The position numbers were made by a program, and so were the translations under genes. A stretch of 64,000 bases of DNA from an uncultured bacterium. GTDB lineage: Bacteria; CSSED10-310; CAZUFC01. The stretch is taken from positions 1 to 64,000 of the forward strand of contig CAZUFC010000021.1 of NCBI GenBank assembly GCA_964619725.1. The letters are read 5' to 3'. How positions within the stretch are numbered: position 1 is the stretch's first letter; every line of letters starts with the position of its first letter. Shown here piece after piece: positions 46,946-55,957 of the stretch. The notes under the pieces are model-generated. The model searched no databases. It worked only from the letters and a program-made list of their open reading frames with translations, and was not told where the DNA came from.

Positions 46946-47440
46946 ATGGGCAGCTTACAGGATCAATTGCTGAAAGCTAAGCTTGTCAGCAAGAAAAAAT
47001 ATGTCAAGACAAAGCAGAAACAGAGGATGAAACAGAAGGAACTGGGAGCGGAGAAGCTGCGGGAAGAAAAACAGAGAAAAAAGCAGGAATACGAGCGGAA
47101 ACTGGAGGAGCAGAGGAAGAGAAGTCAGGAACTTGAGGAGAAAAAGAAACGAGTCGAGACAGAAAGTGATTATAAAAGAAGGATTCAGGAGACGGTTCGC
47201 TCAGGAGAAATACTGAAAGGCGCCCGGGGAAAAGAACGGTTCTATATAACGGCGCAATCCGGAAAGATAGTTCTGACCTCCATATCGGAGAATCTCGCTT
47301 CTAAACTGAAAAGGGGAGAAGCCGCATTCGTCGAGTATGAAGAAAACAAAAAAAGGAAATTCGTTCCCGTCACCGCCTCGGCAGCACGTAAGCTCCTCGA
47401 TTTAAATAAAGAAACCGTGAGATTTTTTATCCAGATATGA
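46946..47440 (+). CDS. DUF2058 (YaiL-like) family protein
   Basis: Characteristic start MGSLQDQLLKAKLVS, charged coiled coil; GGAGG RBS. Confidence 0.8.
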   Translation: MGSLQDQLLKAKLVSKKKYVKTKQKQRMKQKELGAEKLREEKQRKKQEYERKLEEQRKRSQELEEKKKRVETESDYKRRIQETVRSGEILKGARGKERFYITAQSGKIVLTSISENLASKLKRGEAAFVEYEENKKRKFVPVTASAARKLLDLNKETVRFFIQI

Positions 47441-47605
47441 AGATATGAACTCCTGACGGCATACGCGGGAATTTACCGTCGGATGAATGCAGAACGGGTA
47501 AAGCGCGTGCGACGGGTTCGGTGTTGATTTGACTTTTTCGGATCGACCATACAACATGAGGGGCGATTCTTCCGCAGCGTTTATCGGATTCAGGAGAAGG
47601 TTACT

Positions 47606-49402
47606 GTGAATTTAAAGAATAATAGGGCGCCGAAAAACAGAAAAAACGAAATTGACCGGAAATTCCTGTTTTTTTTCCTGGGTATAATTCTTTTATCCGT
47701 GGTTCTTCGCTTTTATCAGTTATCGGCCGATCCGCCGCCTTCTGTGGGTTTGCATTTTATTTCCGATGAAGGATGGTGGGTTCACAATGCCAGAAATAAA
47801 GTGTTGTTCGGAGAATGGGTGCTTGATGAATTCAACCAGTCGCTGCTGATAAGTCCGTTGTTCTGTTTCAGCGCTGCGTTTTTCTTTTCCATAATGGGAG
47901 TTGGTTTTACCTCGGCCAGGATGACGTCCGCCCTGGCCGGCACGGTTTTCGTGTTATGGAGTTCTTTATGGGCCGGAAAAAAGTGGGGAGCTAAAACCGG
48001 ACTCATAGTAGGACTTATGACTGGACTGGATTTCGTTTTAATCAGCATAAACCGGATTGCTTTCGTGGACTCGCTCATGCTTGTTTTTGTCTGGGGCGTT
48101 TACGCGTTCTGGGAGAGTTCCCGGAAACGCACTCTTTTTTCGTTCATTTCCGGTCTGTGTCTGGGCCTGGCATACGTAACCAAGTCTTACAGCCTGTTTT
48201 TCGGCCCTCTTCTGCTGCTGATCGCAGCAGCGGAAGGTTTCATAAATAAAAAGGCAATCCTTACGATCCTCAAACGTCTTTTTCTGTTCGGCGCCGGATT
48301 CCTTCTCATTATTATTGCCTGGATTCTGCTCCTGCTGATCCCCTATTGGTCCGATTTTAAAATAATGTATCATTTATGGACCGACGGCAATTTTCCTCGA
48401 TCAGGAAAAGAGGCTCTAAAAAACATCGTCAATACCTTCTTTTTTATTTCAGACGGCAAAGTTCACCCGAGAAAATTCTTCCATCTGGGTTTCTTTTATC
48501 CGCTGCTTTTCAGCCTGTTCTGGTGTAAAATGCTCCTGAAAGCGAAAAACCTGAAAAAAACCTTTACAAACCTGAACATAGAAAAACTGGATTTCCTTAT
48601 CTGGTTCCTCTGGGCTATTCTTTTCATTTTACCCCTTACCGCCAAACCTCTGCGAAGATATCTAATTCTCATATCGCCTTCCGTCATGTTGGGAGCGACC
48701 TTTCTAATCGGCAGAAAAGAATATGAAGAAAAAGGCCTGATGCGTCATTCAGAGAACAGGGTTAAAATGATCCTGGCGCTGCTCCCCCTGGGGATTACTC
48801 TGGGGACCATTTTTTCTGTTTTGCCGGCTAATCTGATTTTAAATATGATCTCACGGAATGCGCCTTTGCCCCCGCCGCATATGCACATCATGGCAATTGC
48901 CGCTGGCTCCCTTGCGGCTGCATCAGCTTTCTTCCTGTTAGTGGGTTCTCTTTTCAGAATCCAGGTGATCAGGTTTTTGCTTCATCCCCATAAAACAAAG
49001 GTCTTGATTTTGCTTTTCTTGGCCTATGTCGCAACACTGCACGGCCATGGATTCTATTACAGAACTCATTCGTTGCGTGACGTTTCCCGGGAATTGCGCG
49101 CTATTTTTAATGAATCGGTCACCGTACTGGGCGGTACCGCAGATACCCTGTGCCTTGAAAACAAGGCCAGGACTATAGCCATCTGGGGGAGGGAAGAAGC
49201 TGACAGGGTTTTGAATGAGAATCCTGTGAAGAGATTCGATCCCGATTATCTGATGATCCCGGTTAAAATGGACGGTCCCTGGATCAGAGAAGAAAGATAC
49301 GCCAGATACGCCAGGAAAGATTTGCCGGCGGATTTGATAAAAGTATTGCCTGAACCCGGGGGCGGTTACAGAGTTGAAGTGGAACTTTATCGGCTGGAAT
49401 GA
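47606..49402 (+). CDS. GT-C (ArnT/GT39-like) membrane glycosyltransferase
   Basis: LRF..ADPP..SDEGWWVHNARN, multiple TMs, LAYVTK, PLRRY. Confidence 0.82.
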   Translation: MNLKNNRAPKNRKNEIDRKFLFFFLGIILLSVVLRFYQLSADPPPSVGLHFISDEGWWVHNARNKVLFGEWVLDEFNQSLLISPLFCFSAAFFFSIMGVGFTSARMTSALAGTVFVLWSSLWAGKKWGAKTGLIVGLMTGLDFVLISINRIAFVDSLMLVFVWGVYAFWESSRKRTLFSFISGLCLGLAYVTKSYSLFFGPLLLLIAAAEGFINKKAILTILKRLFLFGAGFLLIIIAWILLLLIPYWSDFKIMYHLWTDGNFPRSGKEALKNIVNTFFFISDGKVHPRKFFHLGFFYPLLFSLFWCKMLLKAKNLKKTFTNLNIEKLDFLIWFLWAILFILPLTAKPLRRYLILISPSVMLGATFLIGRKEYEEKGLMRHSENRVKMILALLPLGITLGTIFSVLPANLILNMISRNAPLPPPHMHIMAIAAGSLAAASAFFLLVGSLFRIQVIRFLLHPHKTKVLILLFLAYVATLHGHGFYYRTHSLRDVSRELRAIFNESVTVLGGTADTLCLENKARTIAIWGREEADRVLNENPVKRFDPDYLMIPVKMDGPWIREERYARYARKDLPADLIKVLPEPGGGYRVEVELYRLE

Positions 49403-50676
49403 CCGGTTTGGATTGCTTTCCGCTTCGACCCACAGGAGTTTTCGCTTGCATGAAATGGACATCATTTTTAAAATTTCATAAATATAGACAGGAGCGTTAT
49501 CTAAAAGATGCGCCAAGCGGAATCTCGACCTTCATTAAAATGGGAAGGATCGAAGAGGGCTTGCTTGATGGTTGGCATCAGGTCGAATATTTTCACGATG
49601 CTTACCACGGCGTTCGATGGACGAGCGCAAAAGCTTCCTGCCTGCTGAAAAACGATCCGCAGGAGAGAAACTCGGTCCTCCAGTTGTTCGCCTACAATCC
49701 GCTTTTTGATCAGCCCGACAGGAAAATAACGGTAAGGGTTAACGGGAAACCCGCGGGTTCAAGTTCAGTTGATTCATCCCTGGTGCGCCGGTTTTATCCG
49801 ATTGAAACACGTAAAAAAACGATCCGAGTCGATATTGAAGTTCATAACCCCTTTACGAAAAAGACCACCGGCGACCCAAGGGAACTCGGAATAGCCGTAT
49901 TTGAAATTTCCGCTCTGGGGCGCAAAGCGTCGCATGATCCCAGGATCATTGAATTGGAAACGACTCATCGATGCAATATTAATCCTCCATGCGTCATGTG
50001 CTACCCCAGGATTCTCGCCTCTGAACAGGAACTCGCCGGCGAACTCCATGATAACATTTTAAATCAAGTCCGCCCCTTCCTTAAGAAAGCGGACGCCGTA
50101 TCCTTGCACGGCAGGGGAGACCCGCTGGCCTATTCACGGATTGAGGAAATCATCAACTCAATCGATACCGGAAAAACCAGACTCTACTTCTGCACCAACG
50201 GTCTGCTGCTGTACGATTCCCTGATTCGCGCGATGATACGAAAAAAAATCGAAATATTGAATGTCTCAGTCGATGCCGCTACAGCCGATACTTATGCAAA
50301 ATTGAGAAAGAATCGCTTGAATGTTCTGATCAGAAAATTGAAAAGAGTGCAGAAAATCAAAAAAGAAATGAAAGCTCAAAGACCCAGGCTTTCTTTAAGC
50401 TTCATCCTCATGAAGGAAAACGCTCATGAAGCAGCCGACTTCATCGACCTCGCTCAGGATGTCGGCGCTTATATGGTTCGCTTCAGTCGGCTCAATCCCT
50501 TGCCCCGGCACCACAAAAACATTATTCAGGATTACGGAGACTTCCTTTTCGATTATAACAGCCAAATTATTCCCGACACGCCCAAAAACTTCCAGGCATA
50601 CCTGGCTTCTGCTGTCGAAAAAGCTCGAACAGCAGGAATTGAAATAACTTTGCCCAGCGAGGAACTCGATCTGTGA
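49399..50676 (+). CDS. Radical SAM protein with N-terminal beta-sandwich domain
   Basis: ELETTHRCNINPPCVMC, HGRGDPL, FCTNG, VSVDAAT..TY; N-terminal GW..E..RWT..DPRELG; ATGA overlap upstream. Confidence 0.85.
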   Translation: MTGLDCFPLRPTGVFACMKWTSFLKFHKYRQERYLKDAPSGISTFIKMGRIEEGLLDGWHQVEYFHDAYHGVRWTSAKASCLLKNDPQERNSVLQLFAYNPLFDQPDRKITVRVNGKPAGSSSVDSSLVRRFYPIETRKKTIRVDIEVHNPFTKKTTGDPRELGIAVFEISALGRKASHDPRIIELETTHRCNINPPCVMCYPRILASEQELAGELHDNILNQVRPFLKKADAVSLHGRGDPLAYSRIEEIINSIDTGKTRLYFCTNGLLLYDSLIRAMIRKKIEILNVSVDAATADTYAKLRKNRLNVLIRKLKRVQKIKKEMKAQRPRLSLSFILMKENAHEAADFIDLAQDVGAYMVRFSRLNPLPRHHKNIIQDYGDFLFDYNSQIIPDTPKNFQAYLASAVEKARTAGIEITLPSEELDL

Positions 50677-50939
50677 AACACAATACTCAAAAAAAAAGAA
50701 GAATCCTGTGCACCAAACCCTGGACCTCGCTTATGATCACCGTAGACGGTAAAGTATCCTTCTGCTGCTATATGAGAGACCCGGAATATATCCTGGGAGA
50801 CCTGCAAAAATCAGATTTAAACGCCGTCTGGAACGGCCAAAAAGCACAAATCATACGAAAAACTATGCTGCAAAACGAATTGCCCGAGTGCTGCAGGAAC
50901 TGCCCTCGATATAATGAAAGAGCCGCTGAACTCAAATAA
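50673..50939 (+). CDS. Stand-alone SPASM/twitch iron-sulfur domain protein
   Basis: CTKPWTSLMITVDGKVSFCC..LGDL..VWNG..R..CRNC; GTGA overlap with the radical SAM stop. Confidence 0.85.
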   Translation: MKHNTQKKRRILCTKPWTSLMITVDGKVSFCCYMRDPEYILGDLQKSDLNAVWNGQKAQIIRKTMLQNELPECCRNCPRYNERAAELK

Positions 50940-51122
50940 TCTCTATGCGCAGGAAATTTATTACTGATTCATTCTATTAGCAGAATCTAAATATGCGGGG
51001 TCGGGAGATGATTGTTCTTCCTGGAGCTATCCTGAGCTTATGACTCGCTGCTGATGTTATCCAAACTCCTTAAAATCTCGTAACCGACAGCGAAATCTAC
51101 AATACCCGTGCCCGGTTAATTA

Positions 51123-51863
51123 TCACATCGGCGCCGACGGCAAATCGAAGGTCGAAAAATTCCACGGCGGCCAGGGCGTCGTGATCACGAAGGACCTTAT
51201 TCCCTTCGACTTGAATTCCTGCTCCAGCGATTCTACGAAATTTTGAGCATCCTGCTTCCGGCATAATATGTTTATATTCCCCATTACCTGACCGCCGGAC
51301 TTCGAAAAATCCCAGTTGAAATCAACCAGCTTTCCGTTGCCCGCCTTCCGGATTACAGGCAACAAATTCTTTAATCCCGAATCGCTGCCTGATTCCCTCC
51401 CTTCATGTGACTTCAAATATAAAGTCCCGGGACCGAATCTCAATGATATGTCGCGGGATGATGAGGAATCCGCAAATAAAAATGAATCCCCGTTCATACG
51501 GCCTAAACGTATCTTTATCCCGAACTCCACCATGCCGTGCAAACGGTCCAGACTCTCCTGGATTATCTCGCTCTGATGCTTCAACGTCTCACGCAATGAA
51601 GACGATGAACCGAATTTTAATCCGAATCGTACCGGTATCATCTCGTTCGTCTGATTAAATATCTCTCGAACAACTCGATGATGCTGAAACTCCGCCATCG
51701 AATTATCCGGGTCCAACTCCTCCTCGGTATGCTCGGAAACAATCGCCTGAAAACGGTCAACTGATACTGATACTACTCGCCTGTTCGCTATACCCGTTAT
51801 TGCGCCGTTTTTCATCGGAAATGCTCGCGTTATCCCGTAAAGGTGTATCCATAGCCCGCCCAT
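51123..51863 (-). CDS. GvpL/GvpF-family protein
   Basis: LYGIT..GI..AIVSE..HHRVV..IPVRFG..L.G.VEFGIK..GTLYL..PWPPWNF. Confidence 0.82.
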   Translation of the reverse strand: MGGLWIHLYGITRAFPMKNGAITGIANRRVVSVSVDRFQAIVSEHTEEELDPDNSMAEFQHHRVVREIFNQTNEMIPVRFGLKFGSSSSLRETLKHQSEIIQESLDRLHGMVEFGIKIRLGRMNGDSFLFADSSSSRDISLRFGPGTLYLKSHEGRESGSDSGLKNLLPVIRKAGNGKLVDFNWDFSKSGGQVMGNINILCRKQDAQNFVESLEQEFKSKGIRSFVITTPWPPWNFSTFDLPSAPM

Positions 51864-52237
51864 TTTTCCGTCCTTTCTACAAATGTTTCCGCTTTCAGCC
51901 GGCAGCCCCTCTGCCGACCTTGATCCTCAATTCAATCATTCGTTTCTTGCTGCTTTTATCGGGTTTTGTGTCTGTTCGGCGGGATTGTCCTTTCGCAATG
52001 GCGTTTCGGTATCTCTGGTTGCCGCTTCCTTCCGCCTGCGAAAATTAATGAGCCCCTGGCCCTCCCCACTTCCTTCAATATAGCGCCACAAAAACGGTAA
52101 ATCAAGCAAAAATGTAAAAAAAAGTAATTTTCGCAATTATGGCATTTGAGTCGGCCGAAAGCGCACGGCATCGGCGAGCGACGATTTTTAGTTGAACTTC
52201 ACGCATCAAGAAGCTAATTTTGAGGAAGGAGGTATCG

Positions 52238-52549
52238 ATGGAAGAAAAAATAAAAAGTTCATGGGAAATAGCGATGGAGAAGCTTGGGATGGATAAGGAG
52301 CGAGAAGGTAAGCTGACGGAGGAGCAGCGAAGGAATCTGGAAGAGTTGAGGAAGGAGTACAAGGCGAAGCGAGCAGAATTGGAGATAATGTTGAAGGCGA
52401 AGCTGGGGAAGTTGGCTGACCGGACGCGTCCTGAGGAGATACACATGAAGCGGGAGCAGATGAAGAAGGAGTATAGTGAGGAGCTGGAGAGGCTGAGAGA
52501 GGAAGAGGAAGCGAAGCGGAAGCGGATAAGGATGGGCGAGCGGGATTGA
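52238..52549 (+). CDS. Small coiled-coil hypothetical protein (KSSWEIAMEK N-terminus)
   Basis: AAGGAGGT RBS before ATG 52238; overlaps the next gene by TTGA. Confidence 0.75.
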   Translation: MEEKIKSSWEIAMEKLGMDKEREGKLTEEQRRNLEELRKEYKAKRAELEIMLKAKLGKLADRTRPEEIHMKREQMKKEYSEELERLREEEEAKRKRIRMGERD

Positions 52550-53520
52550 GGCGTTGTATATTAGACATAGGTCGCTGGTTTTTCTGGTTTCCGGTAAGGG
52601 AAGTATTATCGAGGCTGCCGATCCGTTATATACCGAAGGCGGCGCGTGTGATGGGGATGTTGCGCGGCGGCATATCGATTCGTAAGAAGAATGCGGCGCG
52701 ATCTGAATTCAGGCGGGTAACGGGGGAGGAATTGAGCGAAGGGGAGATGGACGAGATAGTGCGAAGGAGTTCGGTATTATCGATGGAGTCATTAATGCTG
52801 AGTTTCGTATATCCGCGTTTGACGGAGCGTAATATCTGCCGGGTGATAACGACGGAAGGGACGGAGTTATTGGACAGGGCTCTTGAGGGTGGGAACGGCG
52901 TCATTCTGTTATTGGCGCATTTTGGAGCGAACCAGTTATGCATGCCGGCATTGGGGTATGCCGGATATCGGATCAATCAGTTGGCTGGAGCGCCTGAGGA
53001 CTGGCATAAGCTGACGCGGGTAGTACCGCGGAAGATAGAGCGAAAGATTTTCGACGTGAGATTTCGTCTGGAGAGTCATCTGCCGGTAAATTTCATATTT
53101 GTCCGATCTACGATGAGGCCGGCGCTGGAATGTTTACGCAGGGGCGAGATATTAATCATGGCGTTTGACGGAAGGGCGGGAACGCAATGGTTGGAAACGC
53201 GATTTTTCCGTCGGAAGTTGAATATTTCGACGGGACCATTTTCGTTATCCAGGATTTCCGGTGCGCCCATTCTTCCTTTGTTCGTAATAAGAAGGCCGTC
53301 CGGCGGATTCCTGTGCAGGATTGAACCGGCTATTGAAAAGATTCCTGCAGATTCGGGACGCAAAGGCCTGTCGAAGGCGGCCAGAGAGTTTGCTTCCATA
53401 CTGGAACGATATGTGAAAATTTACCCCTGTCATTATATACAGTTACTGGCGGAGGCGAGGTTAAGGGCGAATTTTGATCCGGTTCCCCTGTTTATTGACA
53501 ATCAGGAAGGAATGTCTTAA
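52546..53520 (+). CDS. LpxL/LpxP-like lysophospholipid acyltransferase family protein
   Basis: GTELLDRALEGGNGVILLLAHFG, LRRGEIL..AFD, FF..GP..L...GAPILP, YPCHY. Confidence 0.85.
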   Translation: MRRCILDIGRWFFWFPVREVLSRLPIRYIPKAARVMGMLRGGISIRKKNAARSEFRRVTGEELSEGEMDEIVRRSSVLSMESLMLSFVYPRLTERNICRVITTEGTELLDRALEGGNGVILLLAHFGANQLCMPALGYAGYRINQLAGAPEDWHKLTRVVPRKIERKIFDVRFRLESHLPVNFIFVRSTMRPALECLRRGEILIMAFDGRAGTQWLETRFFRRKLNISTGPFSLSRISGAPILPLFVIRRPSGGFLCRIEPAIEKIPADSGRKGLSKAAREFASILERYVKIYPCHYIQLLAEARLRANFDPVPLFIDNQEGMS

Positions 53521-53532
53521 TCTGAGAAGGCT

Positions 53533-54378
53533 ATGAAGTCTCCAACCCACAGAGCCAAGCCGGATTATTCGATAGCAGTTTTTTTCTCGTTGGAAAAAGA
53601 AGCGCAAGGCATGATCAAGGCGGCCGGTTTGAAGAAATCGGATTCGCTGGTCGGATTAAAGGTTTATGAAGGGATATATGAAGGCTTGAAGTTGTTCGTT
53701 ATTTTGACGGGAGTCGGAGAACGCCGGGCGGAAAAATCGGCAAGAAAATTTCTGAACGCCATCAGGCCGTCGTTCGTTATCTCATCAGGATGGGCCGGCG
53801 CCCTCAATGAAAATTTCAGGGTAGGAGACCTGCTTATTCCGACTAGAATCACCCGATGCGCGGACGGAGTTTCCCTGGTTCTGGACGACCGTATCATTGA
53901 ACTGATTAAACCCTGCTTGAAGGAGTTGCCCATTCATTATCCCCATTCCGGGCTGACGGTCGACCGGGTTTTCGACAAGGAGCAGAAGGTTTCAATCAAA
54001 AAAAAATATCCTTATGCGGGTATGGTCGACATGGAGTCTTGCGCGGTTTTGAATGTTTTGAACTCTCAGGGGATTCCCATATTGATTCTTCGTTCTGTCT
54101 CCGATTCTTATCATGCAAAACTGCCGAAAATAGTAACGCAATTTAGTTATTATCGCGGAAAAAAGAAATGGCTGCAGCTAGCCGCTTTAATTCTTAATCC
54201 TCTTGAAGCGATGAGGATACTGAGGATTACTTTTAATTGCTGGAAAGCCGAAAGAAACCACACTCAAGCATTGCTGCGGCTGATAAAAGAATTTCCGCTC
54301 ACCGACATGGACAAAAGAAGCGCCCGTTTTCAAACGGGGTCTCAGTTTTCTGCTGGAGAAACTCCCGAAAAATATTGA
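53533..54378 (+). CDS. PNP/MTAN-family nucleoside phosphorylase-like protein
   Basis: TGVG..A, SSGWAGAL..VGDL, VDMES, LRSVSD. Confidence 0.85.
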   Translation: MKSPTHRAKPDYSIAVFFSLEKEAQGMIKAAGLKKSDSLVGLKVYEGIYEGLKLFVILTGVGERRAEKSARKFLNAIRPSFVISSGWAGALNENFRVGDLLIPTRITRCADGVSLVLDDRIIELIKPCLKELPIHYPHSGLTVDRVFDKEQKVSIKKKYPYAGMVDMESCAVLNVLNSQGIPILILRSVSDSYHAKLPKIVTQFSYYRGKKKWLQLAALILNPLEAMRILRITFNCWKAERNHTQALLRLIKEFPLTDMDKRSARFQTGSQFSAGETPEKY

Positions 54379-54391
54379 AGACATTTTTCTC

Positions 54392-54421
54392 TTGACATTT
54401 TTGACTCAGAAAGAGTAAAGT
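54392..54421 (+). promoter_or_regulatory. Sigma70-type promoter for tRNA-Val/infC operon
   Basis: TTGACA, 18-nt spacer, TAAAGT about 30 bp upstream of the tRNA. Confidence 0.55.
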
Positions 54422-54452
54422 CGCCTTACCGGTTTACTTTTTACCGGTTTTC

Positions 54453-54524
54453 AGGCACGTAGCTCAGGGGGAGAGCGCTACCTTGACGCGGTAGAAGTCG
54501 ACGGTTCGAAACCGTCCGTGCCTA
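54453..54524 (+). tRNA. tRNA-Val(GAC)
   Basis: Acceptor AGGCACG/CGTGCCT, D arm GCTC/GAGC, anticodon arm CTACC-TTGACGC-GGTAG, T arm GACGG-TTCGAAA-CCGTC; CCA not encoded. Confidence 0.95.
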
Positions 54525-54665
54525 TAGAGAAAAGGAAATCATGGGGCCGAAAGCCGAGTGATTTCGCGGATGATTGAAAAGGTCATCGGATGTTTTCATG
54601 ACGACGAGTAAAGCATGAAGGCGCTGAGTTTTAAGGCCTGTAACTCAATTAAGAAAGGTGGTACT

Positions 54666-55211
54666 TTGAGAAGAAGGAGGAGAATTGGAGGCAGAAGGAA
54701 ACCTCCGGAACCTGACGTACGGATCAACGATATGATCAAAGCGAAGGAAGTCAGGCTTATTGACAGTGAAGGCAATCAATTGGGAGTAACGAATATTGAT
54801 GAGGCTTTGAGGATAGCTTCCGAGCAGAAGCTTGATTTAGTGGAAGTAGCGCCTCAGGCAGACCCGCCTGTTTGCCGGATAATGAACTATGGGAAATATA
54901 AATTTCAGAAAAGCAAAAGAGATCAGGCCGCAAAAAAACGACAGAAGACTTTTCAGGTCAAGGAAGTCAAATTTCGACCCAAGACGGAAGAGCATGATTA
55001 TCAGTTTAAGTTAAAGCATGTACAGAGATTTCTGAAAAGCGGCAACAAAGTGAAAGCAACCATAATGTTTCGAGGCAGAGAAATGGCTTACACTGATTTC
55101 GGCCGGCAGATACTCCAGCGAGTAACGGAAGAAGTGGAGGAACTGGGACAGGTTGAATCTCCGCCCAAGTTGGAAGGCCGAAACATGAGCATGATTCTGG
55201 CGCCGAAATAG
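54666..55211 (+). CDS. infC: Translation initiation factor IF-3
   Basis: [45 protein letters not shown]; start uncertain (TTG 54666 after AAGGTGG, or ATT 54684). Confidence 0.95.
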   Translation: MRRRRRIGGRRKPPEPDVRINDMIKAKEVRLIDSEGNQLGVTNIDEALRIASEQKLDLVEVAPQADPPVCRIMNYGKYKFQKSKRDQAAKKRQKTFQVKEVKFRPKTEEHDYQFKLKHVQRFLKSGNKVKATIMFRGREMAYTDFGRQILQRVTEEVEELGQVESPPKLEGRNMSMILAPK

Positions 55212-55248
55212 GACTGAACGGATACTTACAGGAGCAAAGGGTAAAGAA

Positions 55249-55446
55249 ATGCCGAAAATGAAAACGAGCCGAAGTGCGGCTAAACGATTCAAAATAACGA
55301 GCAAGGGACGGGTTCGTTGTCAGAAAGCGTATCACAGGCATATATTGACGAAAAAGTCATCCAACAGGAAAAGGAAGTTGAGGAAAACGACGGTCCTTCA
55401 CAAGGTGGATGAAAAGAGGATAAAAAAGTTATTGCCTTATAATTAG
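55249..55446 (+). CDS. rpmI: 50S ribosomal protein L35
   Basis: [20 protein letters not shown]. Confidence 0.97.
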   Translation: MPKMKTSRSAAKRFKITSKGRVRCQKAYHRHILTKKSSNRKRKLRKTTVLHKVDEKRIKKLLPYN

Positions 55447-55591
55447 TCCCTTCAACGGGGATTTGTCTGCCGGTCGTTAATTGAGGTTCGGCTGCGAGAA
55501 ATCCCGCGTTGAGATATATTCATATTAAAACAGGATTGAAAATACGCTGGCGAATGATCGCTATGTCGGATATTGAACGAAGGAGGAATTC

Positions 55592-55957
55592 ATGGCGCGA
55601 GTGAAAGGAGCGCCGGCATCACGGCGCCGCAAAAAGAAAATCATCAAGCAGGCGAAAGGATTTACAGGATCAAGGAGACGACTGTATAAAACTGCAAAGG
55701 AGTCTGTCTGGAGGGCCAGGCAATACGCTTATATTCATCGCAAACAGAAGAAACGTAATTTCAGAAGGCTTTGGATAATCAGGATAAATGCCGCAGCCAG
55801 GCAGAACGGCATCTCTTATTCAGCTTTCATGAACGGAATGAAAGAACTCGGAATAGAAATTGATCGAAAAGTGCTGGCAGATTTATCCGTAAATGAACCG
55901 CAAGCCTTTTCAGAACTCGTTCAGCGAGTCAGAACGACGTCTTCAGCCGCCGAATGA
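55592..55957 (+). CDS. rplT: 50S ribosomal protein L20
   Basis: MARVK..AKGF.G..KKRNFRRLWIIRINAAAR..DRKVLADL. Confidence 0.97.
   Translation: MARVKGAPASRRRKKKIIKQAKGFTGSRRRLYKTAKESVWRARQYAYIHRKQKKRNFRRLWIIRINAAARQNGISYSAFMNGMKELGIEIDRKVLADLSVNEPQAFSELVQRVRTTSSAAE

Noticed and set aside
50674-50740. Selenocysteine readthrough or A9 slippage fusing radical SAM and SPASM
   Set aside because: SPASM is in another frame, in-frame readthrough soon meets another stop, and the A-run lies after the stop. No clear selenoprotein was seen in the window despite selC.
51885-51995. Riboswitch-like motifs upstream of gvpL/F on the minus strand
   Set aside because: Partial resemblance to c-di-GMP-I only; the pairing arm is missing.
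54647-54668. T-box-like AAGGTGGTAC upstream of infC
   Set aside because: Lacks the ACCGCG continuation, terminator and stem I motifs; more simply a Shine-Dalgarno.
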